64,000 nt of DNA, taken from the NCBI RefSeq assembly GCF_964194025.1, contig NC_134471.1, forward strand, positions 27,900,001 through 27,964,000, written 5' to 3'. Positions 39,420 through 50,799 of the stretch are shown in pieces. This DNA is from Convolutriloba macropyga. Taxonomy: Eukaryota. The position numbers were made by a program, and so were the translations under genes. Position 1 is the first letter of the stretch, and each line of letters starts with the position of its first letter. The notes beneath the pieces were generated by a model. The model made no database searches and was not told the DNA's origin. It saw nothing but the letters and a program-made list of their open reading frames with translations.

Positions 39420-40272
39420 TGTCACGCACTGATTTTTACGTGTTCCTCATGGTGTTTTCTGAGGTTTATATTGGAGGAAATTAACTTGTATAATCAGCAT
39501 TTTACAAGGACATTTAGATGTTTCACAGTGCGATTTTTAGCAGATATATTTTGAATAAATTTAGCTAGTGATAGCCTTTTATTGAGTGGTTCGGATGTGC
39601 GATATATCCACTAGTTTGCCCTGTGTTCCAGAGTTTTCATCTTTTTCAATTATGCTCTTAGGAAGCCTGCTCTAACTTAGTAATTTATAATGATTTATCC
39701 AGTTCAATCTTTAATTATTTCAGCAAAAATAAGTTAACATTTAATAACGAGAAGTTTTCTAGTTCTATCAAAGTTTTCCAAGATATTAATCAACTGAATG
39801 TCAGGCTGGTTCTCCGGTGTTCTGCTGATCGGAAGTTCCGCAGGACTGTGCCTCGAGTTGTATTGGTCCTTCGCAAATATTTCCTGATCTATAAGTTGGG
39901 CAATTTCCGGCTTTTGTACGTCTCTTGATGTTTGTTAAGTACATATACAAGTTCCGTATTAGCACCTACTTTATCAGAATAATTACTTCACCAAGTACAG
40001 AATCTCATGAAGTTATTTACTAATTATGCGAATTTATCTTCAAGAAACTCAAAAAAGTAAATATTGAGTCTTTTAGGCACTTGATAAATTTATCAATAAA
40101 CTGTCAATCTGCGGTTGTTTTTCATAAACATAAACAAATTAGGGGTTACAGGCCTAGATGGAAATTCTAGCTATATATGGCCTGGAAACTAAATGAATAT
40201 TATAGCAATTATTTATGGATATTTTAAGGAATATCATCACGTAACTATGAGGGACGAAATAGGGGCGTGACA
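39420..40272 (-). repeat. 5' LTR (853 bp)
   Basis: TGTCACGC...GCGTGACA with perfect 8-bp terminal inverted repeats; adjacent to the PBS. Confidence 0.95.
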
Positions 40273-40425
40273 GTTGGTTTTTAGCCACACATGGTTTAGC
40301 TCAACCAAAGTTGACTTTTCTCACTATTAAATTGATGAAGTTGAGCAATTGTAGTAGTCCTGTGGTTTTCCTATGCGACTTTTCGCTCGACCGATTTTCC
40401 GTCTGACACATTTGACTGTTTTCCT

Positions 40426-41156
40426 CTTGTACTCTAGGAATGCGATTCACCAAAACTTTTCAGGACTCAATTTGATGATGTGAAGGACTGTTCTCAATCT
40501 TAACAGTTTGACCCCATCGATCAACCCACTCTCCCCCCCACCCCCCGCATTACCTAACCCCCTCTGGTCCAGCATTTGCAACCCTACCCCCATCGTTGCC
40601 CCCCACAGACACACACACTCCGGTCACCCCCTAAAGAACCCTGATGAAGAAATATAACCTCCTCACTTCAGGCGAATTGCTCTCTAATGAGGCGGTTATA
40701 TTTCTTTAATTTAATTCAAAGAGATATGGTTAATTTAATTCAAAGAGATATGGTCAACTAAGTGTGTGTCACTCTAATGGAAGGTTATTTACTTGTACTC
40801 TAGGAATGCGATTCACCAAAACTTTTCAGGACTCAATTTGATGATGTGAAGGACTGTTCTCAATCTTAACAGTTTGACCCCATCGATCAACCCACTCTCC
40901 CCCCCACCCCCCGCATTACCTAACCCCCTCTGGTCCAGCATTTGCAACCCTACCCCCATCGTTGCCCCCCACAGACACACACACTCCGGTCACCCCCTAA
41001 AGAACCCTGATGAAGAAATATAACCTCCTCACTTCAGGCGAATTGCTCTCTAATGAGGCGGTTATATTTCTTTAATTTAATTCAAAGAGATATGGTTAAT
41101 TTAATTCAAAGAGATATGGTCAACTAAGTGTGTGTCACTCTAATGGAAGGTTATTT
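40426..41156. repeat. 366-bp tandem duplication with a nested ~24-bp repeat
   Basis: CTTGTACTCTAGGAATGCG at 40426 and 40792; the copies appear identical. Confidence 0.92.
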
Positions 41157-41547
41157 GAGAGGAGCTAATAGAAGCAGTAATGTTATGCAGATTCTTATTC
41201 AAAATATAACATCTCGCATTAAAAAAATCGGTTGCTGAGGAATTTTATTTGATTCATGGTGTGAAGCGCTTTTTGGAGTTCCCGAATTGCTATTAGTGGA
41301 AATTGCTATTAGTGAGCTCTACTAATCTCTAAGATGAGCAGTGCTTCAAAATTGTCGTGAAGGAACAAGATGAAGGTAATAGGTTTGAGGTTTGAGTTTT
41401 CTTAAAAGTTGTGGGCCTTAAGTTGTACAAGGTTAATGATCAATTTTGACAACCTTTGAACATGCAGCAAACTGTCATCTTTTTCAGATGTATGATTATA
41501 TGGATTGCATTGATTGATTGATATGATGTGATTGGTGTAAAAGCTGT

Positions 41548-44500
41548 ATGTCATCCAATTTAAGCTTGACCTCCTCTGTTATTCCACAGAGTGCCCTCCT
41601 ACGCATCCTGAGCAACCCCCACAATGTGGGCAACCTCAACCCAGACGCCATGTTCCTAATTGCTAAAAGTACTGAGTTCTTCATATCCACTCTCACCAGG
41701 CAGTCATTTGACGACCAGGTACTAATTTGACCAAAATAGCAGATGAAGACTAAGGTCATAGTTCCGAAAAACCTTTGTGATATTAATGCGAAGATTATCA
41801 CATTAGATGTTGTTGGCTCTCTGCTATATTATGTTCAAACCTTTTTTTGTATATTTCACCATAATGCAAACAGTGAAGTTCATACTCAAGTTGTTTGATA
41901 ACTGTGCTTTCAACACAAAGCCTTGAAAAGATTTTGTGTCAAGGTGGACATCAGCCTTGTTAAACGATGTTTTGTACTAAGAAAAGATAGCTTTTCTAGA
42001 ACTGGAATTTCTCAAATGAATTAGCTACTAATTCTAGCAGATTTTTGGACTGTTTCAGTTGGTTTGCAGTGTTGTTTTACAATGAATACCCTGTCGTAGA
42101 CAAGAGAATAAAGATGACAGTTGCTTTTTATCCCTGTTTAATTTTGTGTGGCCAGGTTTTTCTGTATATGATGAACTTCAGGTTTGTTTTCATTTTGGGT
42201 CTATAATAACCAGTTGTTGTAACCAAGTTTTTGGAATACGTCTTGAAGAATTTACTGATGTAGTATATTGATAGTTTTGCTCTTAAGTGTTTATTTTTAT
42301 TGACGCGGTTCATCTGAGAGCCACAATAACGAGAGTCCGCAGAACAAATATTTCACAGATGGGCGCTTTAATGTATAATCCCGGTTGCGGAAGAAACCCA
42401 AAGAAAAACCCAATCAAACCCAAAGTTGGAAATTAGCCCTCACGGAAATTAACTTTCACGGTATAATTTTTAACTATGCTAATCTGTTCTGTTGAAATTT
42501 GTACTAGCACTGAAATTTTTGCAGAAGTATTATATCTTTTGGAGACAAGGTACAGTACAACAGGTTTCTTATGCCTTTGTTTTTTGGTGTGAAGGTCAGT
42601 TTTTTTGTCTTCTGAGATTCTGGAAATGGATCAATTGCTCTCGAAGAGAAGTTAGACGCCATCGTTGTCCTCTTGTCTGCTAAGCAAAATTTTTGCTTCA
42701 CAGATTTGAATTTTGTGTGAGCTAAAATACTCTTCCATTCACATCTTTGTGCAGTTTTACTCATTTTGCTGGTAAGTGTTAGATAAAAAGTGCACAGAAA
42801 TTGTTTTTAATTGCTCTCGAATGAAGTTCGAAGCAACCATTGTAAACGTGTTGGCCTTTTTTATGCAAAATTTTTTCTTGACCGTTTTGACTTTTGGAGT
42901 GACTTTTACGCCCCCGACTTTTTCAGTTTGCGTGATCTAAATTTCTCGCTCATTCTTAAGTGTTGGCATTGGAGCGCGTGTGGCGGCAGTTCACTACTAT
43001 AAGTCAAACAAAAAGTAAGCCAAAATTGATGTATTTCAAAATTTTATTAGTGGTTATAGTGGTATATAACCTTTAATAACGACGTCATTTGGAGCCCCTT
43101 CGTGAATTTAGTTGCCCCCGAACCGACTGAATCAGGCTGAAATGGATTTGAGCTCCCTTTAGTCGTGTTGACGTTATTCGTTGTGTTTACTATGTGCGGT
43201 AGCTGAGTGGATGTATCATTGGCCTTCTGATTATAATTATAAGAATTTGAATTGTTTTGAGGTGCTGCTTTTTTAAGATCTGTTTATGCGTTTTAACTTT
43301 TTGTTGTCAATGCGAAGTCACATAAGAAGAGTGATTTTAGTTACGCTGGTTTAATAAATGGAGCTACGATGCAGGTACCTTAACGCGTAAAAATATTTTA
43401 ACATCTTTAAGAGTGGAGTGAGAAATTAGTTTTTGGACAGATTTTGAGAACAGGTTTTTCTTTGACTTGCGGCAATTTGATTTCTTTGCTCTGGTTTTCA
43501 AATGATGGCGGGGCTAATATTGGTCTTCTCTTCGTTTTTTATTTCGTCGCCAAATTTTTGTTACGACCATATGACGCCACGATCACTTCAAATCGGCTTT
43601 TTCTTCATTCATTCATGTAGTTTTGGCTGAATTGCGTGCGTTATATCATTTTCCAATGCTCTCAAACATCGTCAGTAGCAATTGTGTTAACTTTCTGATC
43701 TTTTAATGTGAGTTTTTGCTCACCGGTTTTTCGTCTAACCCTATTTTAATTTGTCCTCAAAAACTGAATAAACGGGTACAACACGGAGGTCATTATGTGG
43801 CTGAGCAGCTCTCTTAGAGCCTTATGCCATACTAATATGTATGCATGTGATTCACTAAATCTGTTCTGAGGAGAAAATTCCATGGTGTGAAGGGCGGTTC
43901 TTAATCTTAAAACCCTCAGTTGGACCCCCTCAGTCAACGCCCCTCCCAACCCCTTGCCAGTCGTTTGAGAGCAATTCGTGCGACGTAATTCGGTTATGTC
44001 TCCTTCTTGTTGGAGCATTTTTTTTCTTTCCCGTGATCAAATGTTATGTCACGCGTGACTTATCTCACTCTCAGAATATTTGGTGTTCTTTCTAAATTTA
44101 TTGTTTGCTGACGTCGTCCGAGATTCGTCGGTTATTTTTTCAATTCTGACGACCGTTTGCATTTCTTTCCAGGAAGGAGAAGTGACGTCGGAACTTAGCT
44201 ACGACCACGTCTCCCAATTTGTTCAATCAAATGAAGTGCTTCAGTTTCTACATGACATTCTACCACCCAAAGTGACTTACGCTGAAGCATTGGAACTCAT
44301 GAAAACCACCGAACTTGACTTCTCAGGGAGCGAAGACGAAGCGTCACCCACTGCCAATAAAAAGGCAAAGGCGCGAGCCAAAAATAGTGGTAATAGTGCG
44401 TCTAATAAATCAGCCAAATCGTCAAAGGCACCAAAAACTTCAAATGAAAAGGAAAAATCTTCAAAGAAAACGAGTAAATCTAAAGAATCTAAATCGAAAG

Positions 44501-44766
44501 CTAAAGAGAAACCAGTCACGAAATCAAGCGAGGTTAAAGTAGAGATCAAAGAAGAACCAGAAGTTGATGTTCATTTTGAAGACGATGAGAGCAATCATGT
44601 GGTGTCCAGTTCTTTTGTAGAGTTCGAAGTTGAAGAAACAGGTGGTGACAATAATGATATTAGTGACGATTCTAATTCAATGGAAGGCGTTGAACGGTCA
44701 AATCATCATCCTAGTACGCCGGCTCAAATTAAGAAGGAAAGCAGCGATCATGATTATTTTTCTTGA
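41548..44766 (+). CDS. CHRAC1: CHRAC1/POLE4-family histone-fold protein, ~254 aa (exons 41548-41718, 44173-44766)
   Basis: IPQSALLRIL...VGNLNPDAMFLIAKSTEFFI...LSYDHV...EVLQFLHDILPPKV matches the CHRAC1 histone fold (compare FQFLADILPKK). Phase-0 GT/AG intron 41719-44172. Confidence 0.82.
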
Positions 44767-45711
44767 CTTTAATGATCGGGTGTTCAACTGTCCATTTTAT
44801 CCGCCAGAGAAATTGACCTGCTCCTGATTCAGGGATTGATTGATCTTCATTCAATTCAAGTCCACGTGCTCATGCTATTACGTCATTAACTTCAAGAAGC
44901 AAGTTTTTAACGGCTCATTTGGACGTTATCTGTTAAAGGAGTTTGGTTGTATTACCAGGCTCAAAGGAGGTAAATTTTTTCAAAACTTTCCCAATAAAGA
45001 GGATTTACAGCGTATTGAGCAGAAATATTGATCAATGATACTCATTTTGCTTCCATGTCGGTTAGTTCCAATTTCTAATTTGAATTGAAGTGAACTTTGA
45101 ACTCGAAAAGCATATGTTTTGAAGTGCTTATCAAATCAATCAAGTTTCTAAATGATAATTCAGAAGATTTTGTTATGATCGCAATGGAATCTGACCATAT
45201 TTCTTTGATTTCAGAATAGAACTGTTGTTGTTTACATTTTCTTCTAGATTGTATGATTTGAAACTGATTTAATATATGACACCAACCTGTGCCCTTTGAC
45301 CTCGGCGTTAGTTACCTAATAGACGAAGCGACTATTGATAATTGTTAGCCAAGTCATGACCTAAACTCTCAACTCAAATCAGATGACAGTACCAATCCGA
45401 GCGTACTCTCAGTTGGGCACGTTCTGTAACTGAGTTGTAGAACTGACCCGCTGTCTATTTAACAAAGTTATCAGAGGATTAAATTGCTGATCAAATATTG
45501 ACCACGCAGTTGTAATATTTTCGTATTGCCCTATTGATGTGAACTTTACATTTGAAGCAGATTTCATTTATTTCGGCCTGAAGCTTATATAAATTTAAAC
45601 CCGAAACATCTTTTATAGAAACAAATGCTTGAGTAGTCCAATTTAATTGGATTCTCACCCCCCAAATCTACAGCCTATTCCTATAAGGGATTCTCAGCCC
45701 GATTGCTAAAG

Positions 45712-45888
45712 ATGTCAGGATCCGAAGGGACGTTTGTAAAGAGCATCAATGTTCCCAACCAATCACCCCAGAGTGGCAAGAAGGCCGAGCCATTGTTCTC
45801 AGAGGATGTTTTCAGGAATCTGCGCCACGCCACACGATTTGCAATTGACATCGGAGGATCCCTCGCCAAAGTCGTCTACATATCCAAG
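45712..45888 (+). CDS. PANK4: First coding exon of pantothenate kinase 4-like gene; remaining exons not found in the window
   Basis: [26 protein letters not shown] matches PANK4 [26 protein letters not shown]. Phase-0 donor AAG|GTAGG at 45889. Confidence 0.85.
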
Positions 45889-47422
45889 GTAGGAATCGAC
45901 TTAAAAGCTGCATTTTAGATTGATCTCACAATTATCAACTTCGCAAGTATCTGATATCAGATTGATGGAAGGTTGTAAATTAATGATCATAATCGACCAT
46001 TGATATTATAATCAGTACAGTTGGAATTACTCTCGCTACCTTCTCGGAAAAATCATCTGATGTGTTTCTCCTTTTCTAGATCCAAAATTTTTTTCCACCG
46101 TTGATTTAGGCCCATACAATAACACAAAGTTTTGAGCTCGCGTCTCATTGGGTGAGACATCAGGCTAGATATAACGCAGCTGGCTGCATCGTTCTGTTAT
46201 CAGCCAGAATGGTGATTCGTTTGAGGGTATAACGAACTGTCTGAAAATCACCCAAACGACTCGAAGTTCAAAGAATACTGTTTTTACTTTACTTCGTCCT
46301 CAGCAGGTGTCAATCAAAACCACATTTCGAATTTGCGCTGCATCTTGGTTATAAGGGAGAAGTGATGGTAACATCGAATTCTGCTGGCTGACCCGAATTC
46401 CATTTAAGTGAGAATGTCGTCCAGTCTGGATTTGTTGTCGGGTAGTAAACTCTACTGCTCAAAGATGGGTGACTAAAGGGCGCTCGAGCAAGATGACTTA
46501 ACTCTGTCTCTTATACTATCACGACAAGCGATCATAGCACGCCGGCCATGGCATGAGATGGCTTGACCGCCCATTTCATCTTGATTCCCAGATTTACAAA
46601 ATAGACATTATTTTCTCGTAAACCTTGACTCTCAGTATATATTTAAGAGCAGCACGGAATTCATTCGCCGATAATTGTAGCCCGCAGTTTCAATGGAGGC
46701 TGAGGATATCGTGCCACCTGATTGTGGTAAAGAAAGATTTAGCAAACGGGCTTTTACTCTAGTGGAAGTGTGTTTGCCTAACGAGTTAAATAAAAATTTT
46801 TCTTGTGAGAGAAATGCGTTGTCGCAATTTCCTGATTCTTCAATTGTCTCAGCAAATGAGATGCCAGTTGGATTAAGGCCTTCTAGTGTTTCTACCAGAA
46901 ATATTGGAAAACAGAACCAGCGAATGCGTCATGATCAGATGATGTTCTTATTCCAACAACAGTTTTGTTAAATTGGAGGGAATGAAGTCCCATGAAGTTT
47001 CTGATATTGGAACACAAAATGCCTTCAAGGTAGATTATAGCTAGAAAGAGAGTCAGATCATAGCAGGCTTTTTTCTGAGGACTTTGAAGGAACATCGCAT
47101 CGCAAGAAGTAGAATACTTTAAGGGCACCAAGGCAATACTCAGAATACCAGGAGCACGCTAAGGAAAGGCTAATTTTTCGGGGATTTCCCCTACGTTTTT
47201 TGCGCGTTCAGCAAACAAGAAAAATTATCAGATATTTTAAAGCTCGTAAAGCAATTTCTAAGCTGTTCTGAATTTTTTTACTGCTGTAACTATCAATATT
47301 GTTCATGCTTTCGATTAACCATAGCTTAGCTTATTTTTATCCCTCTTGATTTCTAACAGCAGTTTGCTGCTGATTTTTGATTTTTCAACGATTTGGATTT
47401 TATAAGCTTAATAATGCCGTCA

Positions 47423-48000
47423 TCAAGATCTCGCGTCGTCGTTCGTCTCCGAATAGTATATCTTGTACATGTTGCCCGTCTCTCGATCAGGTCCACTGCC
47501 ACTCCTGATGTCTTCAAACGTATTTATGAACTGGCAAATGGCTGTATGGTCTTCCCGTCCGATTCCGTTGAAATCATCAATGGGCCATAAAAAGCACCGC
47601 TCCTCCTGATAGTTTTGTTGAGCCAAGTATGCTCGAAGCACCTGTGTAAGCAATCTTGAGCCTGTTCATGCTCATATCCTTTGAGTTAGTGTGCACGCTG
47701 TAAGAAAAGGTTTGTTCGACTGAATGTTTTTCTTCGTCTCCCGTTGCATACATGAGCTTTTCGTCCCCGTCATAAATGCTCTCATACATCGAAGTCTCAG
47801 GAAATGGCTCCAGAGAATGTCAATTTCCATGTATTTGATAAACATCCAGAACTCCTCAGAGAACCAATTGGTTGTTCATAAAACACTCCGGCCTCACGTT
47901 TGTTGAGCACGAAAAGAACAGGTAATTTGTTATGTATGCTATATATGGCGTCAGTTAATGAGGGTAAATTCTGTGATATACTGTGTGCTCTCCATCTCAA
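47423..48000 (-). pseudogene. PHM-like (copper type II monooxygenase) pseudogene copy
   Basis: KLMYAT, TFSYSVHTN and PIDD...AICQF...GSGPDRETGNMYKIYYSE; frameshifted and internally deleted. Confidence 0.75.
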
Positions 48001-49330
48001 AACAATTTTAAAAGTAGTTGTCCTCGCAGCATTGGGCTTTTGGACGCAACCAAATTATGATTCTCTCAGTCGCAGCAAGAGTTGTCAAACAATTAATCGT
48101 CCATGAGCTACTGATATTCATGTTCATTACCGTAAGCGGTAGGCTTCACTGATTCCTTAAATCTGTTGTTTTTGGATTGTTGGTGGGGATCAGATATGAT
48201 ATACTGCATTCCCTCTGTCTTAAACGCTTTACAAAAAATTTGTCCTCGCATCTTTAGACTGCACGACACAACGAGATCTTTGACTTGGTGTTATTTACTT
48301 TAGAATCAACATCAGCCTTTTTTATATCCCCTTGTTTATAAATAGCTCAGCAAGCAACATTTTTCATAGCTACGAAGACGTAAGCTGATTACTATATGGC
48401 GGTGTTGGTGGTTTTTCACAAATCAAAGAATTTGAATTGTATGGGGGGCGCTGCCTTTTTTAGATATCTTCACTCTTTGATGTCAATGAAAAATCAATGG
48501 TGATTCAAGTCAGAAGGATTAATGGAGTAAGCAACAAAGCGAGTAGGTTTCGAACTGTGTTTTTAAAACTAACATTTGAGTGAAGTGAGAAATTGATGTT
48601 TGATCAAGTTTTTGATTTTGAGAAAGATTTCTTAATCGTTATACAATTTGATTTGTTGTAACTGGTTTCTCTCTTCAGTTATAATTAAAATGATAGCATG
48701 GATTTATGTGTTTGTTTTTACTTTAATGCGACTAATCTACATGAAGTTTGATTTTATCAATTTTTCATATGACGCGCTTTTCCTTTGTATTACATTGATT
48801 TGCGCACAATTTCGTTGGTTTCCGCACGGTTTTTGCATCTCAGTGCTTGTTATGCCGTTCATACGTTGATGCAATTTTCCGGACTGGCCCTGATATTTTT
48901 GTTAATATTTTTGTTAAGATTGGTTTAGACCTTTTCTGTCATTTTGTTTTCTGTGAGAAGTCTGTGAGTTAGTGGTAGTAAAGGTAGCTAGAAGCGAGTA
49001 GTTTAAGTGCGTGAGCTCTCATCGAGCTGTTTTCCAATATCGAGTTAGAATACAATTTTTTTAGATTTTTTTACGTGCCACCATTTAACCTTTCGTTTTT
49101 CTGTTTTCATCTCAGTTTTTGAAAGATTGATTATAATTTCCGGGGAGCTTGACCGAGAAGCCCGCATGCTGTCTTCATCTCCCGTCGCCTAAAGGAGCGT
49201 TTGCTCCACGTCGTAAATGCGCCCGCTTATTTCATCTAAGTTTCCCAGCGTTTCTCCGGAGGCTGCCGATTATCTTGTTCATCCACAGAGCACCAATAAG
49301 TAGGTGAGAAAACACTTGCTTGCTCGCTGG

Positions 49331-49336
<6 letters not shown>

Positions 49337-49373
<37 letters not shown>
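49337..49373. repeat. (CT)n microsatellite
   Basis: About 18 CT units. Confidence 0.95.
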
Positions 49374-49376
<3 letters not shown>

Positions 49377-49715
49377 CCCTCTGGTTTTCGAAGTTTTCAA
49401 AAAACATGACCGGGCTCGGGCTCGAACTTGACGTGAACTACATATACAACCAACATAGAGGCTCCATCATAAAAGTCTCACCCTGGGTCAAACATATAGG
49501 ACGTATTTTTCTATACCTCTCCTCGTTGTTCGTCTCCGAATATCAAATGTTGCATATCTCCTGATCTTGACCGTTGACAACCCTGCTGATATCCTCATTC
49601 GTAGTGCAGAACTGGCAAATGTGTGTAAGCTGGTCTTCTCATTCTGAGCCAGTTTTCCAACTGGAATCTGGAAACAAGATGTCTGTTGAAATTTTAAGTT
49701 CAATCATTTGCTGTC

Positions 49716-50600
49716 TTATGGGACGCTCCAGCTGATAGACGCTGAGACAGTTGGGCCTGGTCGACAGGACGCTCCTGTCCTGTCCCACATAGCAGCTCCA
49801 CGATAATGTCTCCCTGGGTCAAACATACAGGAAGTATGTTTCTTTAGCGAGGAATTGCTGTTGGGATCATTCCTCTCCGAATAGTACATCACGTACATGT
49901 TGCACATCTCTTGATCTGGCCTTATACCAATCCTGATACCCCAGTTGCATTGCTAAGCTATATATTGGTTGTAATTTGGTCATCTGGTTCGAATTTGATT
50001 GGATCATTAATGGGGGTTGAAGCACCGCTCCTGAGGGCTCCTCCAGTCAATTATTCTGAAAGCATTATCTTTGTAAGCATTTTTGAGCCTGCTCACCCTC
50101 ATCTTGAGTGAGTTTGTACCCTATATGCAAAGGCGGTTATAGTTTTGTTTCTAAGGCAGATCAATGGATGACAGTTATTGAAAAGTAAGAGTGTCTGCAG
50201 GTGCCGCATTGGTATTTTCTTGATGCCCCTGCCATCCAATACATACAGGACTTCGCTGAAGTACGCCTGCAACTCCAAATATCCATACTTGATGCCATTT
50301 TCCACCTCAATTGAGACATCCGGAGGGGGGGGGGGCTTAAACGATGAGAAGCATCGCTGTCTTCATCTGGCGTCGCATACATGAGAGTTCGGTCCCCATC
50401 GTAAATGCGCTCGCATAATTTGAATTTCTGAAATTGGCTTTCGAGGTTGTCGATTTCCATGTATTTGACATTCATATGCACAGAGCACTAATTGCTAGAT
50501 CATAAAACTATCTCTCTCTCTCTGTGAGTGTGTGTGTGTCCCAGCGTATGTTTATCAGGCAAACAACAACTTGATATGTATACCGCCTTTGAACACGGGG
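49716..50600 (-). pseudogene. Best-preserved PHM-like pseudogene copy
   Basis: TLMYAT, PPDVSIEVENGIKYGYLELQAYF, ITAFAYRVQTH and EMCNMYVMYYSE...TSC align in order with PHM ILYAW, LPKGVGFRVG...YFVLQVHY, VFAYRVHTH and DEMCNLYIMYYME. A further C-terminal fragment lies at ~49470-49650. Confidence 0.82.
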
Positions 50601-50631
50601 GCAACTTCTTTGACATACTGTGTTCTTTTTC

Positions 50632-50723
50632 TTACAGGTGTGATATCATTTACTTGCGTATCGACATGAGCCAGTTTTACAGGAGTGATGTCATTTACTT
50701 GCGTATCGACATGAGCCAGTTTT
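50632..50723. repeat. 45-bp tandem duplication
   Basis: ACAGG.GTGAT.TCATTTACTTGCGTATCGACATGAGCCAGTTTT occurs twice. Confidence 0.85.
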
Positions 50724-50799
50724 AACTAATTACTAGCTTAATAAAAGCGAAATTAACAATAGGCTTATCATTATCTTCTGAGTGCTACAGCTCAAATAC

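Larger units (their letters stand above)
17044..40272 (-). mobile_element. Full-length env-bearing Ty3/Gypsy (Metaviridae) LTR element, 23.2 kb, mutationally inactivated
   Basis: Two ~850-bp direct repeats with TG...CA ends. 5-bp TSD GTTGG at 17039-17043 and 40273-40277. PBS present. Domain order gag-PR-RT-RH-IN-env on the minus strand. Confidence 0.97.

Noticed and set aside
46100-47150. Possible PANK4 exon 2 or another gene (ORF 46693..46971)
   Set aside because: No pantothenate-kinase motifs or convincing in-phase splice sites were recognised.
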